From Owenia fusiformis (lineage: Eukaryota), in contig CAIIXF020000001.1 in the NCBI GenBank assembly GCA_903813345.2, positions 1,550,001 to 1,614,000 of the forward strand: 64,000 nucleotides of DNA, written 5' to 3'. Each line of letters opens with the position of its first letter. Positions within the stretch are counted from its first letter, which is position 1. The notes under the pieces were generated by a model that made no database searches, was not told where the DNA came from, and saw only the letters and a program-made list of their open reading frames with translations. Position numbers and translations under genes: made by a program. Shown piece after piece: positions 55,201-64,000 of this stretch.

Positions 55201-58200
55201 ACGGAAGGTATGAGCTTCCAGAGCTGCCCATAATTTTACTGCAATTGCACATGCAACAATATCTTTATATGCCCATTTCTCATAACAAAAACATTCAGTT
55301 TGGGTAATTTTTATAAACATTGTTTACTGGACATTGATCCAATATTCAGAACAATGGTTGTGATGTCATAGATGTTCTTTTCAAATAATAAAGAGGTCAC
55401 AATTGATCCGCATATGCATCACAAAAGGGAGACTCTGCTTCCTGAGTTGCAGGTCTTGCGAAAGAACTTCATGGATGCAGTTCGTAAAAAGCGCCCAGTA
55501 TTGATCAACCATATGATATATCATCAAGATAATGCTCCATCACACAGGGCCCGTGAGGTAACTGATATATTAGCAGCTCTAAACATTGAGAAATTTGATC
55601 ATGCACCATACAGTCCAGACCTTGCATTGTGCGACTTTGAAATTTTCGGCAAACTGAAGAATGAGCTACGTGGGCAGAGGTTTGGTGACCGTGAAGAAGT
55701 GGTTGAGGCCGTCCATAAGGCCCTAAAAGACCTATATGGAAATGGAAACGGACTGCAACAGGCCTATCAAGACTGGCTTTCCCGATGTAGAAAATGCATA
55801 GCTGCAGATGGACACTATTTTGAGAATGAGGCATGGAATGAGGAGTAACTGTCTTAATTAACAAAAAGGACATTTTGTATAAAAGTTGTTTTCTGAAACA
55901 TTGTCACAAATGTCAGCTCCGGTGGTCACTATCAACCAATATTCAATGCCATGTAAAATATTACGGATGTAACCAAATAAATGCACATTTGGGGATATTA
56001 CAGAAAAATGTTTTTTCTATTATTCTGGAAATTTTCAGGTAAGATACTTTATTATTAACAATTTGAGAGCAAAAAGTAGCGAATATATTGCTCGGCCCTT
56101 GTATAGCAGGTTTATAAATACTTATATTTTCATCAGCGGGCAGATATAGCTAATGTCCCTGCCTGAGAGGGCAGATATATTACACCTGCCCACTAAGTCA
56201 TAACCATCATTTGTGTATGATTAGCAATGAGGGAAGTAGCATACTTAATACGTTAATAATCAATGATTCGAGAATATGTGGATGAATACTTAAAAAACAG
56301 GAGAATCCTCCTAAGGCCAAGAAAACAAAATTAGTCATGAATACATTTATGTGGTTGTATTCTTTCTAACTCTGGCCAATTTAACAATGTGAACCAGATA
56401 AGAAAGATTGATATGGGATAAACAGATAATCCTATAGTCAGTTCATGCTATTAGGATTATCCCTTGGCGAATATAATATATTTTCCCCCAGGACCTAAGG
56501 CCTTTGGCCAATAGAAAATATCTTCCCTCGGGACCTACGACCCTCGGCCAGATATATTATATTGGCCTCGGGATAATTCTAATACGCTGAACCTCATAGA
56601 GGATAATCTCTATTCGTCTTCATCAATTATTATTATACATATAAATCGGGATATAAATATAACCTAAAGTAAGAAATCACATTCTCTAACCAGTAATATT
56701 TAATTTTAAAATTGGTAAATGATGATTATGTCACAATAGAATTGATGACCATGATTTATTTGAGAATAAAACAGACAAAACAAAGGCTAACAAAAATCGT
56801 AAATATTTAAATATTTTAAAATTGCTTGTTTTTCATCATTATTACTTTGATCTCCAAACCCCAAAATTTGAGTGTTACAAATTGTTTCAAGTTAAAGTAT
56901 GCCTAATTTCATGAGCAAACTAGTAATCTTGTTGGATATTTTTCCTCGACAATGCCTTATCTAATTCATCGATATACAAACTACTGGATTCAAAATGCTA
57001 TTTTACAGGATGGGTGTTCATGAAAGTAACACTAAACATCAATTTTGTCATAAACTGAACAATGCAGCTTATTGATTCTCCCATCTAAGCAACAGAGCCT
57101 CTTTTAATATATTGTAATTTCAAAATTGCCTCTAATGAAGTTCTTCAATCAAATCTAAAATGGACACAACTGGTAATATCTTTATACCATATGAGTAGAA
57201 TGTTTGTTTCTTTCAAATTCATGCTTTCGTTAGAAACATGGATATCACTAATTCATAGTTTTGATTTATACTTCAAATGGTGTGCATTATATATGAGGTT
57301 TAATTAATGGGAAGTTTTTAATACAGGGAAATACAATATATCTGAGGGAAATACAATATACCTCCCCGAGGGGTTGAGGGTAGAATATTGTATTTCCCAA
57401 GGGTTATACCTTGTAACCAAAATTATTTATCATATACGAAAATATGAGAAATTGCACAGAATGAAATTCCTGCAGGGGATTACTGAGCGGGTGATAAACC
57501 TGGCGATACATAGAGATTATCCTATATGAGGTTCAGGATATTGGAACTATCCCGATTCAAATATAATATATCTGCCCAAGGGCGATTATGACGGAGTGGG
57601 CAGATATACTATATCTGCCCGCTCGCAACAGAATGTAAAGCTATATCTGCCCGCTGATGAAAATATAAGTTTTTACAAACCTATTTTATGTACCTGAAAC
57701 ACGACCAAGTATGGGATAAAGCGGGATATGCAGTACATGTATATCCCCACTCACCTAAGGTATCAATTATATTCATGCATTTTATTTACCTATAACACTA
57801 AGTATAGGATAAATAACTTTTACTGACAAATTGTATAAGTGCATGATTACATGAGTCACAACTACTCACTAAAAGGTTAACTTATTGCATGAAGAAATGT
57901 AATTCTTCATGAAGATTTCATCACTTATTTGACTGAATTTTGAATTTTTAATGATGTAAAGCAAAATTATTTCTACTTGCATCTAAATCTATTTCATTGT
58001 ATAAGTCAACAATTAATAAGGCATATACATATCACTGGCTTCCTTGATTCATTTAGATTCCTTGCACTTTTAAAATCATCAATAATTCATATAGGGTTGA
58101 ACTATCGAATAATGAAAACATTGCAAATGATGTGATCGAAATTTTTATACTATTTAGCTTGGAAATGTTGCTGATATAGTTTTAATGTGATTTTAGGAGA

Positions 58201-61200
58201 TTAAATGTTCTACTGAGGAACTTTGATTATGTTCAATTTTCTATGATCTTTAACTTTCTGAAAAAGGTCACACTAAATTCTCATTGAGACGATGTTAAAA
58301 ATCTTAATGTTGACTTCCTAAATGTTGAATTCTTTTGATCGTCATGAATTTAAGGTTCACACAAAATCTGAAGATCATATAGTTTCAAACACAATCTGAA
58401 TCTCATTAAGTTTGGTGCGAAAGCAGTTTTACTTTAATCCAAAATAACAAATATGGTAAATCAATATGTGTCTATGGTAGATGCTAGCGTGTAGTCCAAC
58501 CAGCATAAGTGCTGCCATCTACCTATCCATTCATCAGTTTAGCACCTAATAAGGTCAGTACTCATGGTAAAGCTTTTGTACCTTGTCTATGGTAAAAATA
58601 AATCAAACAGAAATGTTAACTTTACACGATTGGTAATGCCCACCTTGAAGGGTGTAGGGATAAAGGGAAGGGTCAGGATAACACTTATATAAAATATTTA
58701 AAGTGTCTAATAATGATAATGAACATATTACAATGTTACACAACATAAGTAGATGCTAATTAAATGTCAATTGTTGTTAGTATAATATGTATTTTTCATT
58801 TAATGCTGCAACAAGTACACGCGTACCAAAAAGTGCCACGCCCTCTTTTCCCTAAAAGCAGCTATGTGTGACTATATTTGATAAATATTATTGATTTATA
58901 GGATCATTATGAACACTTTTCAGTGTTTAAATGTTAAAATATACATATTGATACAATTTTTGACAAAGTAGCAGCCATAAAATCCAAACAGATTTGCAAA
59001 TATTTCACTTTGAGAACAAAGGGACACATTTGGGAGGGGGTCAAATTGAGAATATTTCGAGATATAAATACTGTTTCTATGGTAACCATATAAGTTAGAG
59101 ATTGGAAATTTTTGGCACTTACTAACCATAACATGCCCTACCCAATATAAAACAATGAATATCTGGCATGCATTAGTATTCTTTTTATTGGCTGGTATTA
59201 AAGTACCCCCATGGTTTTTTGGGGGTAGGGGTATAAATTGGTCCGAGGGCCGTCTGCCACCCCTATAGAAAGTCCAACTACCCAGAAAGTGTCTAGTATC
59301 ATCATACAGATGGTTTGAAATAGGTTGGAATGTGTAACCTTTCATGTAAGGAAGGAGTTACAATTATCAGAGTGGGGCGTAGTCTAATGAAATTCCTATG
59401 ACAATTTGGCTAGTGAACGACCATTTTGCATATGGTGGCAATTTGTGTGTGTTATTCTACGATTTTTGCTATAACTGAAAAAGTAGTAAATGGCAACCAT
59501 GGTTGTTCAATGGGATATGCTACACTTTGACATTGCTATTATCTAGTTCTAGTGTGTGCTTTCAGGTATATTAGAAGCGCCCAAAGTGCACAAGCCATAC
59601 TCCCCAAAGGCATACAGGACCCCATTTGCATTATTGATTGGCTTACATAGGTATGAATTATCATAAGCTTTTAACAGAGCTAGCTAGTTGAAATTTGAAA
59701 GATATTTACTATAAAAGAGACTAAATTACTAAATTACTTATAGTTATAATTGTAAGTTATGAATATATGTGAAATGATTTTTTGCAACAAATCATGATTA
59801 CTTGTATGATTCTGAAAATGTCTTGCATAGTAGAAAGTAATATTGAGGAAATACGAAATTAAGTGGGTCTAGCCAGTCTATGAGGCAAGCAGGGCAACTG
59901 ACTCACCAAAATTTTAAAATATATCAGGCAAGAAATGTGGAATGAATCCAATGTTATATATTCTTTAGCCCTAATTTGCCTCATTTTTTATTTTGCTTCA
60001 TCTGTTCATTTTTGCCTCATTTTTTATTTTGCTTCATCTGTTCATTTTTGCCTCATTTTTTATTTTGCTTCATTTGTTCATTTTTGCCTCACTTTTTATT
60101 TTTGCCTCGTCTAATTTAAGATCCTGGCTATGCCCTTTTGATTTTCAATAATTCAAAGTTCTCAATATTGCATTATGAAATATCATTATATTACATTAAT
60201 ATTGTAGGACTAAGAGTAGATACTTGTATCTATGGTAATACTTTCATGGTGATTTTTCTTTTTGCCATAATAATAATTTAAGAACAGCAATACATAATTA
60301 GTATTTTAGATTTATTACATGCCTCAGTCTTGTATTCATGTTTGCTTTAATGATCTCCATAATGAAGTGCTTAATAACAGGAAACTAATGTTTACAGGAA
60401 GTTAATTTACATGATATATTTTTTTGAATCTCATAATCTCATTTTTAATTAATATTTCTTTAAATGATAATCTATCCTTGTCATGTTTTGAATATTCTTT
60501 TTATATAGTAACCTTATCTTTTTCAGTGGTCTCCATTCTGACCCTCCTATGCTTAGTATGAATGAGCGAAATGTGAAGGATCTCTCCCAACCTCACACAG
60601 ACACTGACCTTGACAGCAAAAATCCAGGTAAATTTCTTGGGTGACAATTAGAAATTATTTGTACATTTTTTCAACTGTGAGTTTACTAGCTTATGCAAGG
60701 ATAAGTGTCAAAAGAGAAAACAAAAAGCAGGAATCAAAACAGACAAGAGAACAACCTGACATCAGTGAATCAAGACCATAATATCCCAAACTATAATCTT
60801 AACCACAATGACACATATAATATTTCAATAGGATAAAGATATACATTGTTCCATGGTCATACTTACTGTGATATTGCGTTTGATATCTTGTCAAAACAAA
60901 TATTTTGTAATCAGTTGAAAAATATGTTACAGTGTCATATCTGATTTTTAACAGATTTTTGTTGCTTAACCAGGCTGACACTAACAATGGCTGTTAAAAT
61001 AGTCATTTGGAAAGCTTATTTACCTATTTTAAAGTCATCATATCCATTCATGAAGAATATCTTCAAATGGTAACTTCTATCAAATAATTACATTTAAGGC
61101 AAGTTTTTTGGTGGATTTGACAGTATGGAGAATACTCTGATAATGAAGAATCTTGTGCTAAAGGAAGCTGCCATCAACCCAAGGTATGACTGCACTTAGC

Positions 61201-63009
61201 TTAAAAGTACAATATTAAGATTAGTACTGCACTAAGATTAATAACATTTCACGAAGATGAATAGCACTACACTAAGATTAATAGCACTACACAAAGGTTA
61301 ATACCACTACACTAAGATTAATAGCCCTACACTAAGATAAGATAACTAAATCTAGTGCTGCACAAAAATACTGCTCTAAGTTTTAAGTACTGCACTAAGA
61401 TTAATAGAAACGTGTTAAAATAAATGGCACTGCACTCAAATTATTAGTACATGTTCTGCACTTAGATTAATAGTATGTACTGCACTAAGATGAACAGCAC
61501 AGTAAAATAATGGCACATTTATAACACTTAGGTCAATAGTAAGATTAATGTCACTGTGCTAAAAATAGTTCTTTACTTGTTTATTTAAGTACATTATAAA
61601 TTGTTTAAGTGTCATTGTTGTTTTCTTTAACTTAATTATTCAGTGTTTGTGATATTAAATAAAAAAGACAAATAAAAAAAGATTCATTTCATGTTTTGAA
61701 TCAATTACTGTCATCAATAGAAGTGATCTATATACAATTGAAAGCTAGTTAAGTATTAACATGTGCTTTGACAATTGAAAAACATTTATTTCATAAATGT
61801 TTCATTATTGTTAATGACTGCCACTAATCATTTCCTGTCAAATGGACCATGATATAGGAAATGATGGACTATTTAATGAATTGTAGGTATATAGGTCACT
61901 CAAATCTTTAAAGGAGTATTATACCTAAAAAAATTGCCCTGATGTTAAAGCTTATTTATTTTGTATTTTAACAACATATTAAAATGTGTGAAATTTCAGA
62001 AGTGCAGTTACTACATATTTCATTAAGGAAATGTTCTGAACCTTTTGTTCGCATTTTGTGAATTTTCCATATTATCAAAGGCAATTGGAATATAAAGTGC
62101 AGAATGGTGGGCAGATTTAAAATATGAAAATTGAATGATTCAAATATCCGGGTGAAAGTTTTATAACAAGAAACCTTCCAGGTAGTTTCAACCATATGTA
62201 TCACTAAGTATATAGATTGTTCAGCATTGATTTCTATATACTATAGTGTTAATATGACTCTATGTTTCAGCTATGCCTTGACTGTCTCTGGAAGACACTT
62301 GGCTGAGAAATGTTCAGACTTTGCCCAAGCTTATTACAACTTCAGTTCTGTAAGAGGAATACCTAAAATACCAGAAGCATCAAGGTAAGTACATACATGT
62401 ATTTTATATTCTTGTATTCTAGTCATGATTACTGTGTGTATTATAGTTACCAACTAACACTACCTGCAGTAGGAAGTTAAGAATAGTATCCTATCCTATC
62501 TTAGGAAATAAATCATACAAATGTAGGGCTACACCATGCCCAATAACAGAAAATAGGCAATTGGCTGTACAATGCATGAAAGAATTGTTATATATGCAGG
62601 TTTACATTCCCTCATACTAGGGCTCATAGGGAGATGTTGTTTGAATCTCATAATGATAGCTATCCATTGTGTCGCATGTAGGCATTAATTCAAGTGCATT
62701 ATACTATAGTATATATGTAAATGAAAATAACATAACAACTTGTATGCCTTAAGATCTGTGTTGTATGTGTCTTGCTTTAATGCACCTACCTATGTTTATG
62801 GTTGGCTATATTTTAGTACTCAGATAGGTGCAGAAAGGCTGTGTTTGGTGATAGATTCACAAGAGAAAGAGAGGGAGAGGCTGATAGGGTTTGCTAGACA
62901 GAGGGGAATTGTCACAAAAGTGCGAGAGCTACCTGCTGGCGACTATGTGTGGCTTCTGCTGCCCCCTGGTGCTGATGGGAGCCAGGATATACCTAGTAAT
63001 AGAGAAATG
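17547..63009 (+). CDS. MUS81-like ERCC4 nuclease gene with N-terminal ubiquitin-like domain and B-box; 11 exons, 498 codons in window, 3' incomplete
   Basis: Exons: 17547-17660, 19309-19379, 19827-20030, 20593-20816, 22108-22268, 46060-46201, 59566-59650, 60527-60627, 61099-61183, 62271-62384, 62817-63009. All introns are GT-AG, successive phases 0,2,2,1,0,1,2,1,2,2 match, and there is no internal stop. The joins across the two large introns are inferred from phase only. Confidence 0.65.
20095..20185. repeat. Degenerate (TACTG)n microsatellite
   Basis: Repeated TACTG/TACTA pentamers in intron 3 of the spliced gene. Confidence 0.7.
21525..22020 (+). mobile_element. Decayed mariner transposase fragment with internal inverted duplication
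   Basis: HQDNAP codons at about 21676-21693 and YSPDEAVLDFW at about 21770-21802 (D34D region); about 21551-21610 is the reverse complement of about 21890-21948. Confidence 0.65.
22555..23525. repeat. 18-bp minisatellite (about 54 units) with variant-unit higher-order structure
   Basis: Units TTGGTACAGCTGATAGGA, TTGGTACAGCTGATACTG, TTGATACAGCTGATAGGA and TTGGTATAGCTGATAGGA; accounts for ORFs 22534-23532, 23083-23544 and 23186-23572. Confidence 0.95.
23804..25152. mobile_element. Non-autonomous TIR element, CAC...GTG ends, 5-bp TSD (Transib-like)
   Basis: About 51-bp perfect TIR CACGGGGGATAAGCAAAACGAGGGCGAAGCCACGGACTGCGACTCGCGTAA; AGAAC duplicated at 23799-23803 and 25153-25157. Confidence 0.9.
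29737..30070. repeat. Tandem duplication, two copies of about 160 bp
   Basis: AAAGATCAGCCAGTAAAAACAACCATATAATCACTT... starts at about 29737 and again at about 29896. Confidence 0.9.
30213..30693. mobile_element. Kolobok-like MITE (TTAA flanks)
   Basis: TTAA-AGGCCCACTTTGC...GCATAGTGGGGAT-TTAA imperfect TIR. Confidence 0.45.
31811..39096 (+). CDS. Secreted protein with two VWA domains, paralog A (549 aa)
   Basis: Exons 31811-32144, 33805-34431, 35304-35786, 36387-36557, 39062-39096, all phase-1 GT-AG introns. Signal peptide MRLAVTFAILTLLIGVPGSDA. VWA1: DICFIVQIS...TQEAL...VIVTFTDG. VWA2: DIVLVIDRSNS...THTHEAL...VGTDG. Ends GPGAVCLLPEN*. Structure is mirrored by the paralog. Confidence 0.9.
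32877..33728. mobile_element. Foldback element (852-bp near-palindrome), CAC...GTG ends, 5-bp TSD
   Basis: CACCCTATGCAGACAGAGCC...GGCTCTGTCTGCATAGGGTG; arms pair to a centre near 33300; AACTG duplicated at 32872-32876 and 33729-33733; absent from the paralogous intron. Confidence 0.92.
36121..36295. mobile_element. hAT-like MITE with 5-bp TSD
   Basis: CAGTGATCTCCCCAG...CTGGGGAGATCACTG; GTGCT on both sides. Confidence 0.8.
36655..37759. mobile_element. Foldback element (about 1.1 kb, about 400-bp arms), TAG...CTA ends
   Basis: TAGTACCCCGGACAGGTTGTATGATGCAGTC...GACTGCATCATACAACCTGTCCGGGGTACTA; no clean TSD; absent from paralog B intron. Confidence 0.85.
38063..38917. mobile_element. Non-autonomous TIR element, TAG...CTA ends
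   Basis: TAGTCCTGACAACGTCCCTATAGTT...AACTATAGGGACATTCTCAGGACTA. Confidence 0.65.
41459..44390 (+). CDS. Secreted protein with two VWA domains, paralog B (544 aa)
   Basis: Exons 41459-41777, 42198-42824, 43243-43725, 43969-44139, 44356-44390. Exons 2-5 have the same lengths as in paralog A (627, 483, 171, 35). AATAAA at about 44505. Confidence 0.9.
45475..45794 (+). mobile_element. tRNA-derived SINE
   Basis: A-box-like TAGCTCAGAGGTAG (45481), B-box-like GGATTCAATCC (about 45523), central TGCACATAAAAGAAC (resembles a Meta-SINE core, unverified), (AATAC)n tail. Confidence 0.7.
46060..46201 (+). CDS. Exon 6: B-box-type zinc finger
   Basis: DRPCEDCGEDGKVAVIYCPDCEGGLALCQDCSDLTHRGAARRHHQLK (CxxC...CxxC...CxxC...H...H), between TTTTTAG and GTACAT; too short for the ORF track. 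Confidence 0.88.
46488..47313. mobile_element. Foldback element (about 825-bp near-palindrome)
   Basis: AAAGGACCACGAGTTGTTTGTAGAATGAATCTGGGG...CCCCAGATTCATTCTACAAACAACTCACGGTCCTTT; centre near 46900. Confidence 0.88.
49023..50086 (+). mobile_element. Internally deleted mariner (D34D) element, copy 1
   Basis: TA-CAAGGGCCGAGCAATATATTCGCTACTTTTTGCT...AGCAAAAAGTAGCGAATATATTGCTCGGCCCTTG-TA. ORF 49357-49833 has HQDNAPSH and YSPDLALCDF but lacks the HTH and first Asp. Confidence 0.93.
50093..51667. mobile_element. Non-autonomous TIR element nested in the 6015-bp unit (second copy at +6015)
   Basis: AGGTTTATAAATACTTATATTTTCATCAGCGGGCAGATATAGCT...AGCTATATCTGCCCGCTGATGAAAATATAAGTTTTTACAAACCT. Confidence 0.75.
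53370..59384. mobile_element. 6015-bp composite TIR element, copy 2 (direct tandem copy)
   Basis: All ORF-track entries recur at +6015; ends ...GGGGCGTAGTC followed by TA. Confidence 0.85.
55038..56101 (+). mobile_element. Internally deleted mariner element, copy 2
   Basis: Same TIRs as 49023-50086 and identical translated ORF (55372-55848). Confidence 0.93.
59566..63009 (+). CDS. Exons 7-11: MUS81-type winged helix and N-terminal half of ERCC4 nuclease domain
   Basis: KPYSPKAYRTPFALLIGL...MNERNVKDLSQPHTD...FDSMENTLIMKNLV...SYALTVSGRHLAEK follows the MUS81 winged-helix pattern (Y.P......ILL.L...YSLT.EG..LA.KL). LCLVIDSQE...IVTKVRELPAGDYVW matches the ERCC4 start (L.VD..E...R.L.VGDFVW). The ERK motif would lie in the next exon, outside the window. 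Confidence 0.85.
59975..60110. repeat. 36-bp tandem repeat (about 3.7 copies)
   Basis: TTTGCCTCATTTTTTATTTTGCTTCATCTGTTCATT repeated. Confidence 0.85.
61190..61560. repeat. Degenerate approximately 21-bp minisatellite
   Basis: Recurrent CACTACACTAAGATTAATAG / TACTGCACTAAGATTAATAG units. Confidence 0.7.
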
Positions 63010-63027
63010 GTAGGCACCTACTTGTAT

Positions 63028-63887
63028 CACCCTTGGTATACGCAGCTAACGAAAATTGACCGGTACGGGTCAAAAGCTGGACCGGTACGGGTTAACGGTT
63101 TTATTTGAATTTAAAATAGCCATAACTTGCTCAATATTGACTTCCTTGTGTCTAATTTGAAATATATGATGCCTCCCGATGCTTTTAAGTACCCCAATTT
63201 TTACAGATTTGTAAACGGACCAAAACTCTCTAAATGCGCATTTTTGCTCTTTTCTCTCGAGAACGACTGTCTCATTTTCACGATAACTTTTATTTAGTAC
63301 TTCTAACATATAAGATCTATTTTTCCCCATCAAGGTATGATGTAAATGACATGCTATTTACATCTTGTGAGTTTCAATGACGCGCGTTTGATTTTATAAA
63401 AAATGCCAAACTTTGTGACAAAGAATTTCATCCTGCTTGCAGCGAGAAGACGGACCGGTTCGGGGCAATCTGCTTGCAGCGAGAAGACGGACCGGTTCGG
63501 GGCAATAGCTGATGAAATTCTTTGTCACAAAGTTTGGCATTTTTTATAAAATTAAACGCGCATCATTGAAACTCACAAGATGTAAATAGCATGTCATTTA
63601 CATCATACCTTGATGGGGAAAAATAGATCTTAGAAGTACTAAATAAAAGTTATCGTGAAAATGAGACAGTCGTTCTCAAGAGAAAAGAGTATAAATGCGC
63701 ATTTAGAGAGTTTTGGTCCGTTTAAAAATCTGTAAAAAATTGGGGTACTTAAAAGCATCGGGAGGCATCATATATTTCAAATTAGACACGAGGAAGTCAA
63801 TATTGAGCAAGTTATGGCTGTTTTAAATTCAAATAAAACCGTTAACCCGTACCGGTCAATTTTCGTTAGCTGCGTATACCAAGGGTG
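63028..63887. mobile_element. Foldback element (860-bp near-palindrome), CAC...GTG ends, 5-bp TSD
   Basis: CACCCTTGGTATACGCAGCTAACGAAAATTGACCGG...CCGGTCAATTTTCGTTAGCTGCGTATACCAAGGGTG; TGTAT duplicated at 63023-63027 and 63888-63892; about 37-bp direct repeat at the centre. Confidence 0.92.
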
Positions 63888-64000
63888 TGTATGGAAGACA
63901 TTGTTGAGCTTATCTGTCTGGTTCCATAAATCCACCATCCCTTTATTTACAATGTCAGTTCATTGAAATATTGATCCCTAGGATAAACATTGAAGTCGTG

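Noticed and set aside
47404-59345. Four similar 141-149 aa ORFs (MKGYTFQPISNH...) on both strands, resembling a gene family
   Set aside because: They are the inverted arms of the duplicated 6015-bp element and show no recognisable domain.
13043-63009. TLR, B-box nuclease and VWA genes as a co-functional immune cluster
   Set aside because: Only adjacency supports it; neighbourhood is weak evidence in animal genomes.
59566-63009. Assigning the gene symbol MUS81
   Set aside because: The family resemblance is clear, but orthology cannot be established given the divergence, the atypical N-terminus and the missing 3' end.

Overview
AT-rich, intron-containing metazoan DNA, probably from a marine invertebrate; the taxon is not determinable from this window. 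It holds three kinds of host genes, all on the + strand. (1) An intronless Toll-like receptor CDS (13043-15634). (2) A long spliced gene that I assembled by hand from 11 phase-compatible GT-AG exons (17547->63009, 3' end outside the window). It encodes a ubiquitin-like domain, a B-box zinc finger, a MUS81-type winged helix and the start of an ERCC4/XPF nuclease domain, i.e. a MUS81-like protein with an unusual N-terminus. (3) Two tandem paralogous genes for secreted double-VWA proteins (31811-39096, 41459-44390), lying inside the inferred 23.8 kb intron of gene 2. The rest is largely mobile DNA: two decayed LINEs head to head, a tRNA-derived SINE, deleted mariner copies, many MITE/foldback elements (three with CAC...GTG ends and perfect 5-bp TSDs), an 18-bp minisatellite, and a precise head-to-tail dimer of a 6015-bp composite TIR element. 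All calls come from reading motifs by eye; no searches were run.
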